Assembly: GCF_009914755.1 (NCBI RefSeq)
Contig: NC_060932.1
From: the human T2T-CHM13v2.0 reference genome, Homo sapiens
Reading direction: 5' to 3' (one strand)
Length of the DNA: 64,000 nucleotides
The position numbers and the translations under genes were made by a program. This document shows, piece by piece, positions 1-14,447 of this stretch. Within the stretch, counting starts at the first letter, position 1, and every line of letters begins with the position of its first letter. The notes under the pieces were generated by a model, which saw nothing but the letters and a program-made list of their open reading frames with translations, was not told where the DNA came from and did not search any database.

Positions 1-251
1 TGTCAGCATTCCTTCCCCCAAAGTATAGGTCATGACTCTTTCTGTTGGAAGGCCTTAAGACCCACAATAAGAAAGCTGAGGAAAGGCTACAGTCCTGCCT
101 GGGGGCAGGTGAAAAGAAGGTAAGAAAAGGTCAGCAGCCTCCCCCTGTGGCCTAACACACCCAACATTATAACAAAAGACTGTAACAAGGCCTATGGAAG
201 TTATAAGCCAGGAGCCTTGGGTGAAAATTAACATACATATCATAACACCAA
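1..251 (-). mobile_element. LTR fragment, MER21-like
   Basis: Reverse complement reads tggtgttatgatatgtatg..ttttcacccaaggctcctggcttataacttccataggccttgttacagtcttttgttataatgttgggtgtgttaggcc, resembling the recalled MER21 5' end. Confidence 0.65.
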
Positions 252-653
252 AAGATCATTCTTTTTAATGTATGTATTTACAGCTATAAATTTTCCTTTG
301 AGTACAGCTTATACTGCATTCCCTAAGTGTTGGTGTATTATGTTTTAATTTTCATTCATCTCCTCCAAGTAGTTCTAATTTCCCATGTGAGTTATCTTTG
401 ACCCATTGGTTAAGAGTGTGTTAATTTCCACAAATTTATACATTTTCCAGTTTTCCTTGTAGAATAATGCAATAATTATGACAATTTCTTGCTTTATTCT
501 ACTGTAGCTAGAAAAGATACTTGTACAATTTCAGTCTTTCAAGATTTATTGAGATTTTATGGTGGCCATTCAATCACAAATAGGTTGCATGCTGGATGAC
601 ATTTCATGTGCACTTGAGAAGAATGTGCATTTTACTGCTGCTGGGTGAAATGT

Positions 654-1683
654 TTATATATATATGTATATATATGTATATATGTATATATATGTGTACA
701 TATGTATATGTGTATATATGTATATATGTATGTATATATGTCTATATGTATGTATATGCATATATGTACATATATACATATGTATATGCACATGTATACA
801 TACGTGCATATGCACATGTATACATACGTGCATATGCATATGTATACATATGCATACATACATGCATATACACATGTACATACATGTATATACATACGTA
901 CATATATGTATATATGTGCATATGTATACGTATATATGTGCATGTATGTATATATGTGCATGTATGTATATATGTACATATGTATATGTATATATGTATA
1001 TATGTACATATGTATATATGTATATATGTACATATGTGTATGTATATATGTACATGTATGTATATATGTATGTGTGTATATGTATATGTATATATGTATA
1101 TGTATGCATATGTATATATGTATATATGTATGTGTGTATATGTATATATGTATACATATATGTATGTGTGTATATATGTATACATATATGTATGTGTGTA
1201 TATATGTATACATATATGTATGTGTGTATATATGTATACATATATGTATGTGTGTATATATGTATACATATATGTATGTGTGTATATATGTATACATATA
1301 TGTATGTGTGTATATATGTATACATATATGTATGTGTATATATGTATACATATGTGTATGTGTATATATGTATACATATGTGTATGTGTATATATGTATA
1401 CATGTATACATATGTGTATGTGTATATATGTATACATGTATACATATGTGTATGTGTATATATATACATGTATACATATGTGTATGTGTATATATGTATA
1501 CATGTATACATATGTGTATGTGTATATATGTATACATGTATACATATGTGTATGTGTATATATGTATACATATATGTATATGTGTGTATATATGTATACA
1601 TATATGTATATGTGTATATATATGTATATGTGTATATATATGTATATATGTGTGTGTATATATATACACACACATACATATAT
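654..1683. repeat. ~1 kb alternating purine-pyrimidine (TA/TG/CA) microsatellite with higher-order 28-bp units
   Basis: Directly visible; unit tatatatgtatacatatatgtatgtgtg tandemly repeated around 1143-1337. Confidence 0.97.
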
Positions 1684-2629
1684 GCTTGTTAGGTCTAGTC
1701 GTTGTATAGGGTGGTTCAATTCCTCTATCTCCTTATTGATCTTCTTTCTAGAAGTGTTAAGCATCATTGAACGTATTGTATTGAAGTTTTCAACTACTAT
1801 TGTAGAACTGTTTATTTCTCACTTTATTCTGTCAATGTTTGCTTCATATATTTTGGGGCTCAGGGTTTTGGTGCATATATGTTTATAATTGTTATATCTT
1901 TTTGATGAATTTGTGTCTTCTCTCTTTTATCAATATATAATGTCCTTTAATTGATATATAATGGTCTTTTCATTTTTTAAGTTTTTGACTTAAATTATAT
2001 TTTGTCTGATATTAAAATAACAACTTCATTTCTCTTCTGGTTACTATTGGCATGAAATACCTTTTTCATCACTTCACTTTGAATGTGTTTGTGTCTTTGA
2101 ATCTAAAGTGAGTCTCATGCAGACAACATATAGTTATCATTTAAAAAAATTTCATTCTGCCAATTGCTGCCTTAGAGAACCTAATCCATTTGAATTTAAT
2201 GTAATTCTGACAGGAACTAACTTTTGACATTCCAACATTTTTCTATATGCATCATACCTTTATGGTTCTCATTTCTTCCATTACTGCCTTCTTTTGTATT
2301 TAGTTGACTTTTTTTTGTAGTGAACCATTTTGTTTTCTTCTTATTCCCTTTTGTGAATATATTTTTAGATATTTTGTTAGTGACTACCATGGTGATTAAC
2401 ATCCTAAATTTATAACATCTGTCTTAAATTGATGCCAACTTGACTTCAATAACATTTAAAACCTCTGCTTCTAAGTACTCCATATTTCTCACACTTTGTT
2501 GTTGGCCCATATTACATGTTTATATGTGTATAATACAATAAACATATAGTTATTTTTAACACTTAGATCTTTTAAATCATGCAGGAAATTAAAAAATGAA
2601 ATTATAAACACAAAATACAACAATACTAG

Positions 2630-3111
<482 letters not shown>

Positions 3112-5560
3112 TATCTGGGAAAGTCTTAATTTCTCTCTCATTTTTGAAGGACAGTTTTACCAGACATGATATTCTTGGCTGACAGATTTGGGGGTTTTGT
3201 TTCTTCTTCTTTTTCTTTCAGTACTTTAAATATGTCATCCAAATGTCTTCTGGCCTTATGGTTTCTGTTGATGAGAAATCAGCTATTAATCTTTTTGAAG
3301 GTCCATTGTATATGACAAGTTGCTTCTCCCTTGCTACTTTCAAGACTCTCTTTGTCTTTTTCTTTCGGCAGTTTGACCAGTTTGTCTTGGTGTGAGAGTT
3401 TTTTGAGATTCTTGGACTTTTAGATTCATGCCTACCATCAAATTTGGGAAGTTTTGTTTAGTATTTATTTACCTATTCTTTCTTCTACTTCCTCTCTGTC
3501 TCTGGGACTCTCAAAATGCATATTTTGGCCCACTTGATGGTGTCCCACATGTCCCTTAAGCTCTTTTTACTTTTCTTCATTATTTTTTTCTATCTGCTTC
3601 TCAGACTCAATTTAAATTGTCCTATTTTCAGATGAACTAATTCTCTTGCTTGTTGAAATCTGCTGTTAAAGCCCTCTAATAACGTTTTCATTTTAGTAAT
3701 TGTATTTTCAGATGCAGTTTCTGTTTGGCTCTATTTTTTGTAATTTTTGTATCTTTATTGATATTCTAATATGGCTAACACATTATTTTTCATATTTCCT
3801 TTCATTCTTTGTCCATTACTTTTTAAAGCATATTTAAGACAGTTGTTTTAATGTCTTTGTCAAGTAGGTACAACATCTGTACTTCCTCAGTGACCATTCT
3901 TTTAATTTCTTTTGCTTATTTTTGTTTTGTGACTATCCTGAATGATTTTTACCAAGACTGTGTTCCTTATTGTTGATGATCACTGGAGTCTCTTTTCCTT
4001 ACTTTGTGTTAAGCTAGTGTTTTTGAATGCCAAGCACTAAAAACAGAAATAAAAGACAAAACACAAAATATGCAGCAACCAACACAACCAACAACAATCC
4101 ATCTCCCTCAGTATTTGCAGATTGTTTCTGAGCCTGGGCACGCCGTTAACACTTAGCCAGATTTGCACTAATCCTAGAGATCAGCCCAAGGTGAAAGTTT
4201 AGGTTCTTTTCAAGGCATGTGTTTCGCCCTGAGCATGCATGCGGCTTTCTAAACTTCCCTGCATTCATTTTTTTAAACACCCTAATTTCCCAAAGAAACT
4301 GTCTTCAGTTTTTGCTACCAGGCCTTATGCTCTCTACTTCATGTTTCAACTATAATGTTGTGACCCATGCATTTGAGGGTTGTTATTTCAGCTAACAGTG
4401 TTTTTGAACAACGGCCACTGCTTTACCAACCTGAATTCAAAATTAAGTGAAACAGAGTTGAATGCTTTGCATCAGTCCTTCAGGGAATTTCTTAGACAGA
4501 TTAAAACAGACAAACACAACTGTTTGTGAGGAAGGTCATCTCTGCTTCCCATGGAACCAGGGCCCAAGGGCCCAAGCTACGAATGTAGACTGCCTACCAC
4601 TACCTCAAGACAAAAAAAAAAAAAAAAAAAAAAACATTGCTGCATCCAGGAGGAGGTAGGGGGAAGGCAGGTAAAAATATCACAAACTTTACTGTTGTTT
4701 CAAAGTTGCCTTTTTCTTGACTCAACATTTGCTTAGTTGCTGTAAAATTCTGAATTTTTTCAGAGTCCTGAAAAAGTTGATTCTGACAGTTTCTATTTAT
4801 TTTTTGATATTTCTCTAAAAGAATGAATTCATGAAGCTGCCTACTCCACCATTTTGTTAATATTGCTCTTTGTTTTTGTTTGTTTGTTTAAGTAAATGTA
4901 CTCAATAATAACATATACATAAGTTCTTGTTAAGATATTAACATTTTAAAAACATAAATTCTAAGAGTTTTAAATATAAATTACTCTGCAAAGGAAAATA
5001 GCTGATAAATAACAGAAAGGAATACATATTTCAGTATGTTATGTAACCAGAAGATTGGTGTGGTTAAAGAAAAACATTTTAAAATGTATTACCTACCATT
5101 CAATAAAGAAAAAGTGCAAAGAAAATGCATAGTTGAAAAAAATCAGGCTATATTATGGTTTTATGTGTGATTAAAAGCCAAAACCACATCTAGTGCCAAA
5201 CACATGTTCCTAAAATTCCTATATACTGTCTCAATGAATTAAAAAAATCTCAACGTAATCATCTCCTAATTGTGCTTTTCTGAGGGAACATTGTTAATTG
5301 TCTACCTGACAAACATTGACTTTTTCCTCCTCTCTGCCATAATCTTGATTTTATTTAGTTAACATGAGATCTTGAGCTTCACCAGCCTTGAGCTTCTCCA
5401 ACTCCGGAGAGTAAATAATGCTTACCATTGTAACCCAGTGATGGTAAATTTGTATCTCTTGAGTGTGATTGCTTTGGACATACATATCACTGCCATACTG
5501 ATCAAACAAATGACTGAGGGTAGAAATATTTCATTTTACCCTTCATAGCAAATATTATTA

Positions 5561-6021
5561 CAGTCAACCCTTAAACAATATGTGTTTGAACTGTGCACTG
5601 TTCCACTTATACATGGATCTTCCACCTCTACGATTCCTGAGACAGCAAATCCAACTCCCCCTCTTTCTCCTTCTCAGACTACTCAATATGAAAACAACAA
5701 TGAAGGATGAAGACATTTATGATGGTTCACTTCCACTTGATTAATAGTAAATATATTTCTCTTCCTTATGATTTAATTAAAGTTTTCTTTCCTCTAGTTT
5801 ATTTTTTTGTAAGAATACAGTACATCATGCATATAAAATGTGTTAGTTGACATTATTAGTAATACAAAAATGGTTAATTGACTATTTATGTTATTGGTAA
5901 GGATTCTGGTCACCAGTAGGCTCTCAGTGGCTAAGTTTTGGGGGAGTCAAAAGTTATATGTGGATTTTTCACTGTGAAGGGATCAGTGCTCCCAACCTCT
6001 GCATTGTTCAAGGGTCAACTG
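5561..6021. mobile_element. Tigger2a/MER28-type MITE
   Basis: TIRs cagtcaacccttaaacaat / attgttcaagggtcaactg flanked by TA duplications. Confidence 0.8.
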
Positions 6022-6324
6022 TATATTATTTGTAATAGGCACATTACAAATTAATGTAATGCTTTACTTAAGTACAAACTACTATGGTCTATACGTTTTG
6101 AAAAAATGGAAAGTTTTGATTTGAAACTATTTAGATAATTTAGGTGGAATGTGTTTGGCCCTTAGATATTAATGGTTATTCTTCATTTTCTACATCCCTT
6201 TGGTCTTTCTTTTTTCTTCTTCTTTTATTTATATATACATTTTGCATTTAACGTGATGCTGGATGGCTCAACAAGTAGAATACATTCATTCTGGTCAGCT
6301 GAGCTATTTTTTCAAAAAAACCAA

Positions 6325-8530
6325 ATCGCAAATTTCTGTTTTTTTTAATGGAACAAATGCAATTCAACATTCCAAAGTAAATTAAGTCCTCAATTTGTAT
6401 TGGTGCTATTAGGTTCTTTTCTTGACTGGACTGAACTTAGTAGATTCTCTCAAATACAAAAAGGATTTTTAGATTACTTATTAAAGATATATCTATGCAT
6501 AAGTGGTAAATCAGCATGCATATACCATACAGCAATATAGTATTAACAACCCATAGGCACTGATCTCAGACATCCCAAGTGCCTATGGGTTGTTAATAGT
6601 ACTATTAACAGTGTCATAGTACTAGTACTAGTAATAGTACTAGTAATAGCAATAGTACTAGTACTAGCAATAGTACTATTATTATTTTAAAGGTAAATTT
6701 TATTTTAAAATAAAAATAGTAATAGTAATAGTACTATTATTAGTGTTAATAATACTAATAGTTAATACTAACAGTTAACACTAATAGTTAATACTATTGA
6801 CAACCCATAGGCACTGATTTCAGACATCCCATGCATACCACTTACGCATAAGTAGTAAATCAGCATACATATACCATACAGCAATACAGTATTAACAACC
6901 CAGAGGCACTGATCTCAGACATCCCAAACAGGCTGATAATGCAAATGATTCTTTCAGAAACCATTGTATTTACCTTTTGAAGAAAATACCTAGATAGTGG
7001 AACTGAACACAAAGAATTATTAACTAGCTGAAATTACAGCCAGGGTTTGAGACAGAAAGTGTACATTCAGAATTCATTCTCTTAACCACAAAATTATGCT
7101 GCCAGAGAAAATCAGCAATGTTAAACAAGTAGAAGAATGTTACATGATAAAAATGCATTTTCAGTAGGCTGTTTACAGTAATTCCAATTCCAAGGTAAGG
7201 TTTTGCCTTTTTAAGTTGGACGGCTGTGAGTCTACCACTTGGTTATTATGTGTGGTGAGACTTCAGAATATGAAAAAATGCTTAAGCTTATGCTTTCATT
7301 TGCCACTATTAAAGAAAGAACAGTAGAGTAATTCCATAATAGTACTAGTTTACAATTACTTTTTTTGTGAATTAGTCATAGGAAACTTCAGAATTCTGTT
7401 ATTTTCAGGGCTGAGGTTGAATTCATTTGCGCTTTAATATCAACTGCTGGTCTTTCTGCAGGCAGTCACTTTCAGGGTAGGATTACTGGGTTTCAGGGTA
7501 GCTTTTCACACTCTACACTATGGCCCTGGGGATGGGTTGACTACCAACAAAAGGTTGCTAAACTACTTTTTTGGGGCATGCTCAGAGTTATTGTCCCTTT
7601 AGGACTAAAGACGCACCCCCCACCCCCCCCCGCCCTTTGGTTGTAAATGTTGACTGACTTCATAAAAGACTCCAAACAGTTGAAACCACTCTTCCTTCTG
7701 CACTGAAGATGTTTGCATTGTTTGTTAAAATGGATTAATCAGATTTAAATTTTAAACACCATGTCCTAGAATTGTAACAAGCTAATTATTCCATTTAAAG
7801 TGCATAACAAACTAAACTTCCTGTTAAGTGGCATTTTTGATCCACCAATTATCTGGACAAATATACTGATGGTCAGTTTTCTCATATGTCCTGCTTTCAA
7901 TTTACTTCATGATTCAATTAAACAGTTGTCAGTACATGACAAGAAAAATAAGCTCCCTGGTCCATAGTGGCCAAGACATATCATTAACATTGATATCTAA
8001 TACACAAGTTATTGCACATTGAGATATCTTAATAGTTGGATAACATTCTTATTTTAAAACAATATGTGTGGATTGGAGATTTTGCAATCTAGGCACAAAA
8101 GATATCTTCTGATCCCTTCCGTTATTCAGAAAGTAATTAAAATCAACTAAATAGATTACAAAGACAAGAAGAGCAAAAAATTGTAATCTCCTGGTGAACA
8201 TATTATGAATTGGAGCCAATTACTGGTATGCATTTCTATTACCCTTGGCCTTTGTAATCTGGAAGCTATAAACTTCAAAATGTTCAATTCAGCATATAAG
8301 TCATTATATTAGAAAATTCCATTTAAAAACCTATAGAAGTTAAAATGATTTAAATATAGACATAAAATAGTAAGCATGAAGGTGTTCAATATATTAATCC
8401 TGTAATCTAAAATATTATTTGGGCAATATTCTTAATCTCTTAAATATTGATTAAATGGATTTTACAGGAACAAGGTAATAAAATCATTTTTGAGCAGCGA
8501 TTTCATAGTTGTGAATGAAAATATGATGCA
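6325..8530 (-). other. MSR1: MSR1 SR-AI/III 3'UTR (approximate distal end)
   Basis: Follows the stop codon. ATTAAA at 6349-6344 with a GU/U-rich element (tgcgatttggttttttt) downstream; length agrees with the recalled ~2.2 kb UTR. Confidence 0.65.
6344..6349 (-). terminator. Probable distal poly(A) signal ATTAAA of MSR1 SR-AI
   Basis: tttaat on + strand with a downstream GU-rich tract on the minus strand; an alternative AATAAA lies at 6703-6698. Confidence 0.55.
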
Positions 8531-8704
<174 letters not shown>

Positions 8705-10149
8705 TTAGTGTTTCTCTTTGAGTGGGGCAAAGCCATTAATTCCTTCACTAATTAAACAAAAAAGTGTTGATTATTTTCTGTATGCAAGTTCTGTGCTCTC
8801 TAGTAGGAATCAAAAATTAATCTCCTGCTTCAGAACACTTTATACTCTGTTAACATGTAAACTACTAAAATGCAAAGTAAGAAGAGCTCTAACAAAGTTA
8901 CCTACACAGTTCTATAAAAGTAGAGATTAAGAATGTTTTTTTAAGGATTTGACAAATTAGTTTTATTATTAATCTAAAAATAAAGAAGAAAGTTTGAGCC
9001 TTAATAATCATGGGTACATGTAATAACCTGATGATCCAAGCGTATCTGTATGTCAAAGGGTCTTGGGGTATATTTGCACATAAAATAAACCGGAAAAAGG
9101 AAAACTTAATATCAGCATCTTCCTCCTTTTGTTATCTTCCCGTGTATTTCAATTTATGTGTGCCTGGTTTATCAAATACATTATCTGTTTTTAATTAAAG
9201 TAGAACTAATCTAATCAGCAAAGGGCCTACACACCATCCTGTAAGGAAATCATGGATTAAGAATGCTACTGATTGCAAACACAAACAAACAGCAAGAAAA
9301 TGACAAAGCAAAGGTTTTCCTGAGCTGATCAATTGTAAGAGTGTTAACAGTAAGTTGGAGAGCCCAAGTATTTTTTGAGGTGTTTATAACAGTATTGAGG
9401 CTTTTTTACTTGAAATTTTAAGGCAGAAGAAGGAAAAGAAAAAAGGAATATGATCTCAAAATCAGAAACCTTGCCAGGGACACTTTTTAGTTCCCAAATT
9501 ATCTTACTAGGCATGGCATGTTTCCTATTGTGTTTGTGATTGTATGTGTGAGCATGTTTGTATGTGTATACGTATTTGTATATCTGTGTTTCCTTATAAG
9601 TATATAAAGTCTATAAAAACTTTTTGAAAGCCTCAAAGGGCTACTTAAAAATACAGGCAAATAAAAACAATTGCACAAATAGTAAGACTATTCCCATGTT
9701 AATACAGGAGGAAGCCGAAGTACGAGACATTTATAAATTATATCTATTATATTTATTGTCATTTATAAATTGTATAAACAAACAGAAATTAAACTTTTGG
9801 TGAAAGCCATGGCTCTGTCATAATTTGGAGAGTGCGAGAATGGCTCCATGAATTGTGAACCCGGGCTACTGTGATGCTTTCGAATTGTATTTTGTAGGTC
9901 TACTCAGTGAATTTAGATTTCAGCAGTGCAGAATTTGTACAATCCAGGAAAAGGAAACTGAGAGTGGGAATTCTCCCAATGTCTACAGCACCAGCAAGGC
10001 CATCCCAACATGAACAGCAAAGGAAAGAAATTATTTAGTTGACTAATGTGCTGACATGTAAGCACATGTTTTTAGAAATTGCAGTAAGGGAATTCACGAA
10101 TGTTAGAATACCAAGGTTGTGGTCCTGATAATGAAAATTTAAGTCCAGT

Positions 10150-10850
10150 CTTTTAAGAATTTCTTATGTGGCAGGAAACACTTATACATGTGATGTATTA
10201 TTCCATGCAATCCTCAAATAACTTTCAAAAACTGAATGCCATTATTGTGTCATTTTACTGTTGAGGAAACTGAAAATCAGCAAGGATAAGGAACTGTACG
10301 TGCTCAAAGTCGCACAGGATTCTCACCCTGTATCCACCCTGAGCCACTGCCTTAAATCAATGACTTACTGCAACCTCCTTCATTATTAGACTTACTTATT
10401 TAGCAAATCTCCTTTGGTGCCTACACGAGTGAACAAGACCAAACTCCATACTCTTGTGGACTGACTTCCTGGGAGGGCTTATGTTCTAGGTAGATGAAGC
10501 AACTGAGATCACATATACAATCATGCCAGAGCAAATACTGGCATCTAGAGCCTCTGATTCTTATTCTGGTTATTTTTCCTCTGAGGACACATGGATGTGA
10601 CAAATGTATTGTGGAATTTGGTATCTCTGTCTTTTGCTATGTGGAACAGTTTCAGACACAGTGAAAATTTTTTAAGTGCTTGTGTATAAGGTAATATGCT
10701 AGGTCTTTTCACATACATTTCTAAATTTACTTTTTATAATAACCTTGTTAAATAATGATAATTATCTCCATTTCATAGATACATAAACTGAGACTGAGAA
10801 AGGGTGTATGACTTTCTCAAATTTACAAAGAATAGATCCAGGCAACAGAA
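10150..10850. mobile_element. Degenerate MIR and L2 fragments
   Basis: MIR core-like motifs (ttttactgttgaggaaactgaaaatcag; tccatttcatagatacataaactgagactgagaaag) and L2-like text at ~10380-10510. Confidence 0.5.
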
Positions 10851-11389
10851 CATGATGACACTTAAAGCTTAGTGATATTCATGGGTTACATAGATGTCTA
10901 GATAGAATTATAGAAGTAATTTCCAAAGATTTGTTGTTTTATTTTTATATTAATATATTCAAGACTATTGAGCCCAGGGGAAAAATTTATTTAATACACA
11001 TTTTCCGTCTCATTCCAAATTGTTTTCTGCATTAAAAAGTTAATGCAGATAGTATAAAATTCATAAAATTTTATCCTTGTGTAAACCAATGAGATAAAAA
11101 ACAAATTTGTTTTTATTTCTTTAGATAATAACTGTTATTCAAGGATCTTCGTTGTTGGGGCTGTCACTGTTATTATTTTTTTTGTGCCTCTGAACTATTC
11201 TTTCTATTCGGTGGAAAGCTATACAAAAATTACGTGTGTTTCTTAGATATGTTTTTAATCTCTAATCCTCTTCCTCTCTTTCTCTCTCTCTCATCTTTCC
11301 ACCTATATACCTAGCCATATATATATCTATGATTTCCTTTATAATTTGAGGGTTGTAGGGATTGATATTGATTATATATTTTTTTTAAG

Positions 11390-11693
11390 TTTTTTTTTTT
11401 TTTTTTTTTTGAGACAGAGACTCACTCCCTCTATCGCCCAGGCTGGAGTGCAATGGCGTGATCTCGGCTCACTGCACTTCCGCTTCCTGGGTTCAAATGA
11501 TTCTCCTGCCTCAGCCTCCTGAGTAGGTGGGATTACAGGTGTGCACCACCACGCCCAGTTAATTTTTGTATTTTTAGTAGAGACGGGGTTTCACCATGTT
11601 GGCCAGAATGGTCTCGATCTCTTCACCTTGTGATCCACCCACCTCAGCCTCCCAAAGTGCTGCGATTACAGGGGTGAGCCACTGTGCCTGACC
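11390..11693 (-). mobile_element. AluS SINE
   Basis: Poly-T followed by gagacagagactc... through gagccactgtgcctgacc. Confidence 0.92.
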
Positions 11694-13299
11694 TCCTCTT
11701 CACCTCTTTTTAAAAAATGAAAGATACTGATATTTCTTTGGGGGATTTGGGTATCTTTAATCTTACCAGCATTTCCATGAAAAATAAAAGGTAATCAGTT
11801 TCATACATCATCCAGATATATTATAAAATGATGAGATTTGAGATCAGCTGCTGAATAGATAAATGGGAGAGCAAATATCATTAATAGTTAAAAGTGCCTG
11901 AATGTGTATTTTCATTATTTCTAGTCATGACTGAGTGACATAAATTTGTATGACTTTTAAGCCTAGTTGGGAAGTGTTTTGTGAACAGTGTCTCCATTGA
12001 GAAAAACAATGTAAATTAAAGTTGAAAACACCTTGGGAATCAAAGTAGAGAAGAATGGGTCAATATAGCCTATAGTTTGGATTGTAGTTTTGTGCTTATA
12101 GAGAAACCACTCATTTTTCCTCAATTTTATGATATGCAGAATAAAGGAGTAAGGCTAACATAGCTTTAAGACTTTGTCTACCTTTAATATTTCATGATAC
12201 TAAGATTCTGAAGAAGCAAGCTCTTTAGAAATGAAGATCTTAAGTATAAAGGACTTGGAAGGATGTTCCATCTGGTGGAGAAAGCATGGTATGAGAGAAA
12301 GGTTAAGGCATGAATCTTGACCCTTCTTCCCACTCCCACCCACCCCCAACCACCCCCAACCACCATAATGACTACGTAAATTTGTACAACTTTGATGACC
12401 TCTGCTAGCCCTACTTATTTTCTCTATGAAAAAAATATGCTATTTTTCTGTGATTACCCAGCTGTATGGACCAGCCCTATACTACTTTCCATAATATTTA
12501 ACATTCAAATGTTTACATTTTAAAACATTCAACATGCAAGGAGCAGTATGTAAAAATTTGACTTGTGACCCTTTGATATATTTATTTATCTTTGAGATTA
12601 TATTTACTCCCATTCATTAAGGGATAGTTCAGAGGTATAGAGGTGCATTTTTTGATTGCCTTCTGTTTACCCTTACATTTTTTTTTTTGAAAATTTCACA
12701 TAGAAAATTGATTATGGTATGTAAAAGTGGTAATAAAAAAGCAAAGAAAAGACAGCTAAGAATAACTTTTAAATGGCATTTATGTTTATATATTACTTTT
12801 GTTTCTCTTTTCAGGTTTGGAGTTTCAGCACTATAAACTCAGGAGAAGAAGCAATAGTTACTCCAGATCTTACTTCCCTCATCAGCATCCATACAGGCTC
12901 AGATATACCTGGAACAAATTCTTGGAGGTACCACTGTTGTATGATAAAACTCATCCAAGTTTGCTGCAGGGAGACCACAGGCACAATAGCTGGGAAAGCC
13001 TGGATACGGGGCAAAAAGTGACTCACTCTCCTTTCCCTGCCCTGTGCATTGATAAACAGTAGATGCCCCTCAGTGCTTCCTTAATTAAACTTGTTTTGTC
13101 TAGTCAGAAAAAAAGGTGCATCCAAATGAGAGAACCTATTTAAAGGAGCATGCTTGAAACTTTATTCCTATAAGTCATTTTACCTGCAGCTGCAAAACTA
13201 ATTGTTCTTAAAACTAAGGATTCTATCTGCTAAGCCAGGTTTGCTATTTAAAACCAGAAAAAAATATGTGGAGACTGTCCAAAAATTATATTCTTTCTA

Positions 13300-13705
<406 letters not shown>

Positions 13706-14142
13706 CTAAGAGAAGGATAAATAATTAAAACAATGCATGTTTCTCTTTTAGTTCTTTACTCATCCACTCATTTTTCTAAGTTTCTTTTCTTGTCTCTACT
13801 CTGTATTTAAAATTGCTTTTTCTTTTCCTCTTGAGTGAAACTGTGAATTTAAGGTGGAGGAGTGAAAAAATCAGGAATGTTTTAAATAGCTTTCCATAAA
13901 AACCTCGTTTGCCATGTCTAATCCCCAATCAGTGAATAATGTAAGCCTGTCTCTTAAAATACAATATCCAGTGAAGTAGATCATAAAACTTACTTTTCAA
14001 ATCATTTTCTTCAGAACAAATAATGTTGGTTCTATTTTTTTCTCTCAGCTCATTTTGCTTTATTATTTTAAAATTCTCATAATTATTCTTTAGTTGTTTG
14101 GTACTGAACTCTACGCAGGGAGTGGAAACAACAGCTAAGTCA

Positions 14143-14447
14143 AACCAGGTGCAGTGGTTCACACTTGTCATTCCAGTACTTTGGGAGGCTGAGGCAGGAG
14201 GATTGCTTGAGGCTAGGAGTTTTAGATGAGCCTGAGCAACTTAGCAAGAACCTGTCTCTATAAGAAATTAAGATTTAAAAAAAAATTAGCCAGGTATGTG
14301 GTGCAGGCCTGTGGTCCCGAGAAACTCTGCAGGCTAAGGTGGGAGGATCGCTTGAGAGCAGGAGTTTGAGGCTGCATTAACCTGTGATTGTACCATTGTA
14401 TTCCAGCCTAGGTGACAGAGTAAGACCCTGTCTATAAAATAAAAAAT
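14143..14447 (+). mobile_element. AluJ SINE
   Basis: Diverged dimer (ggaggattgcttgaggctaggagtt); short TSD ctaagtca. Confidence 0.85.

Noticed and set aside
596-1888. Six long ORFs (341-430 aa) rich in Y/I/M/C/V/H/T
   Set aside because: Artefact of the RY-alternating microsatellite, which cannot contain stop codons; open in all frames on both strands.
6541-6927. Repeat-spacer look (three copies of a ~37-bp unit) resembling a CRISPR array
   Set aside because: Eukaryotic 3'UTR, irregular spacing, low-complexity spacers and no cas genes; better explained as templated duplication.
12329-12365. C-rich tract giving an intronic G4 motif on the transcript strand
   Set aside because: Deep intronic low-complexity sequence with no nearby splice site or other support.
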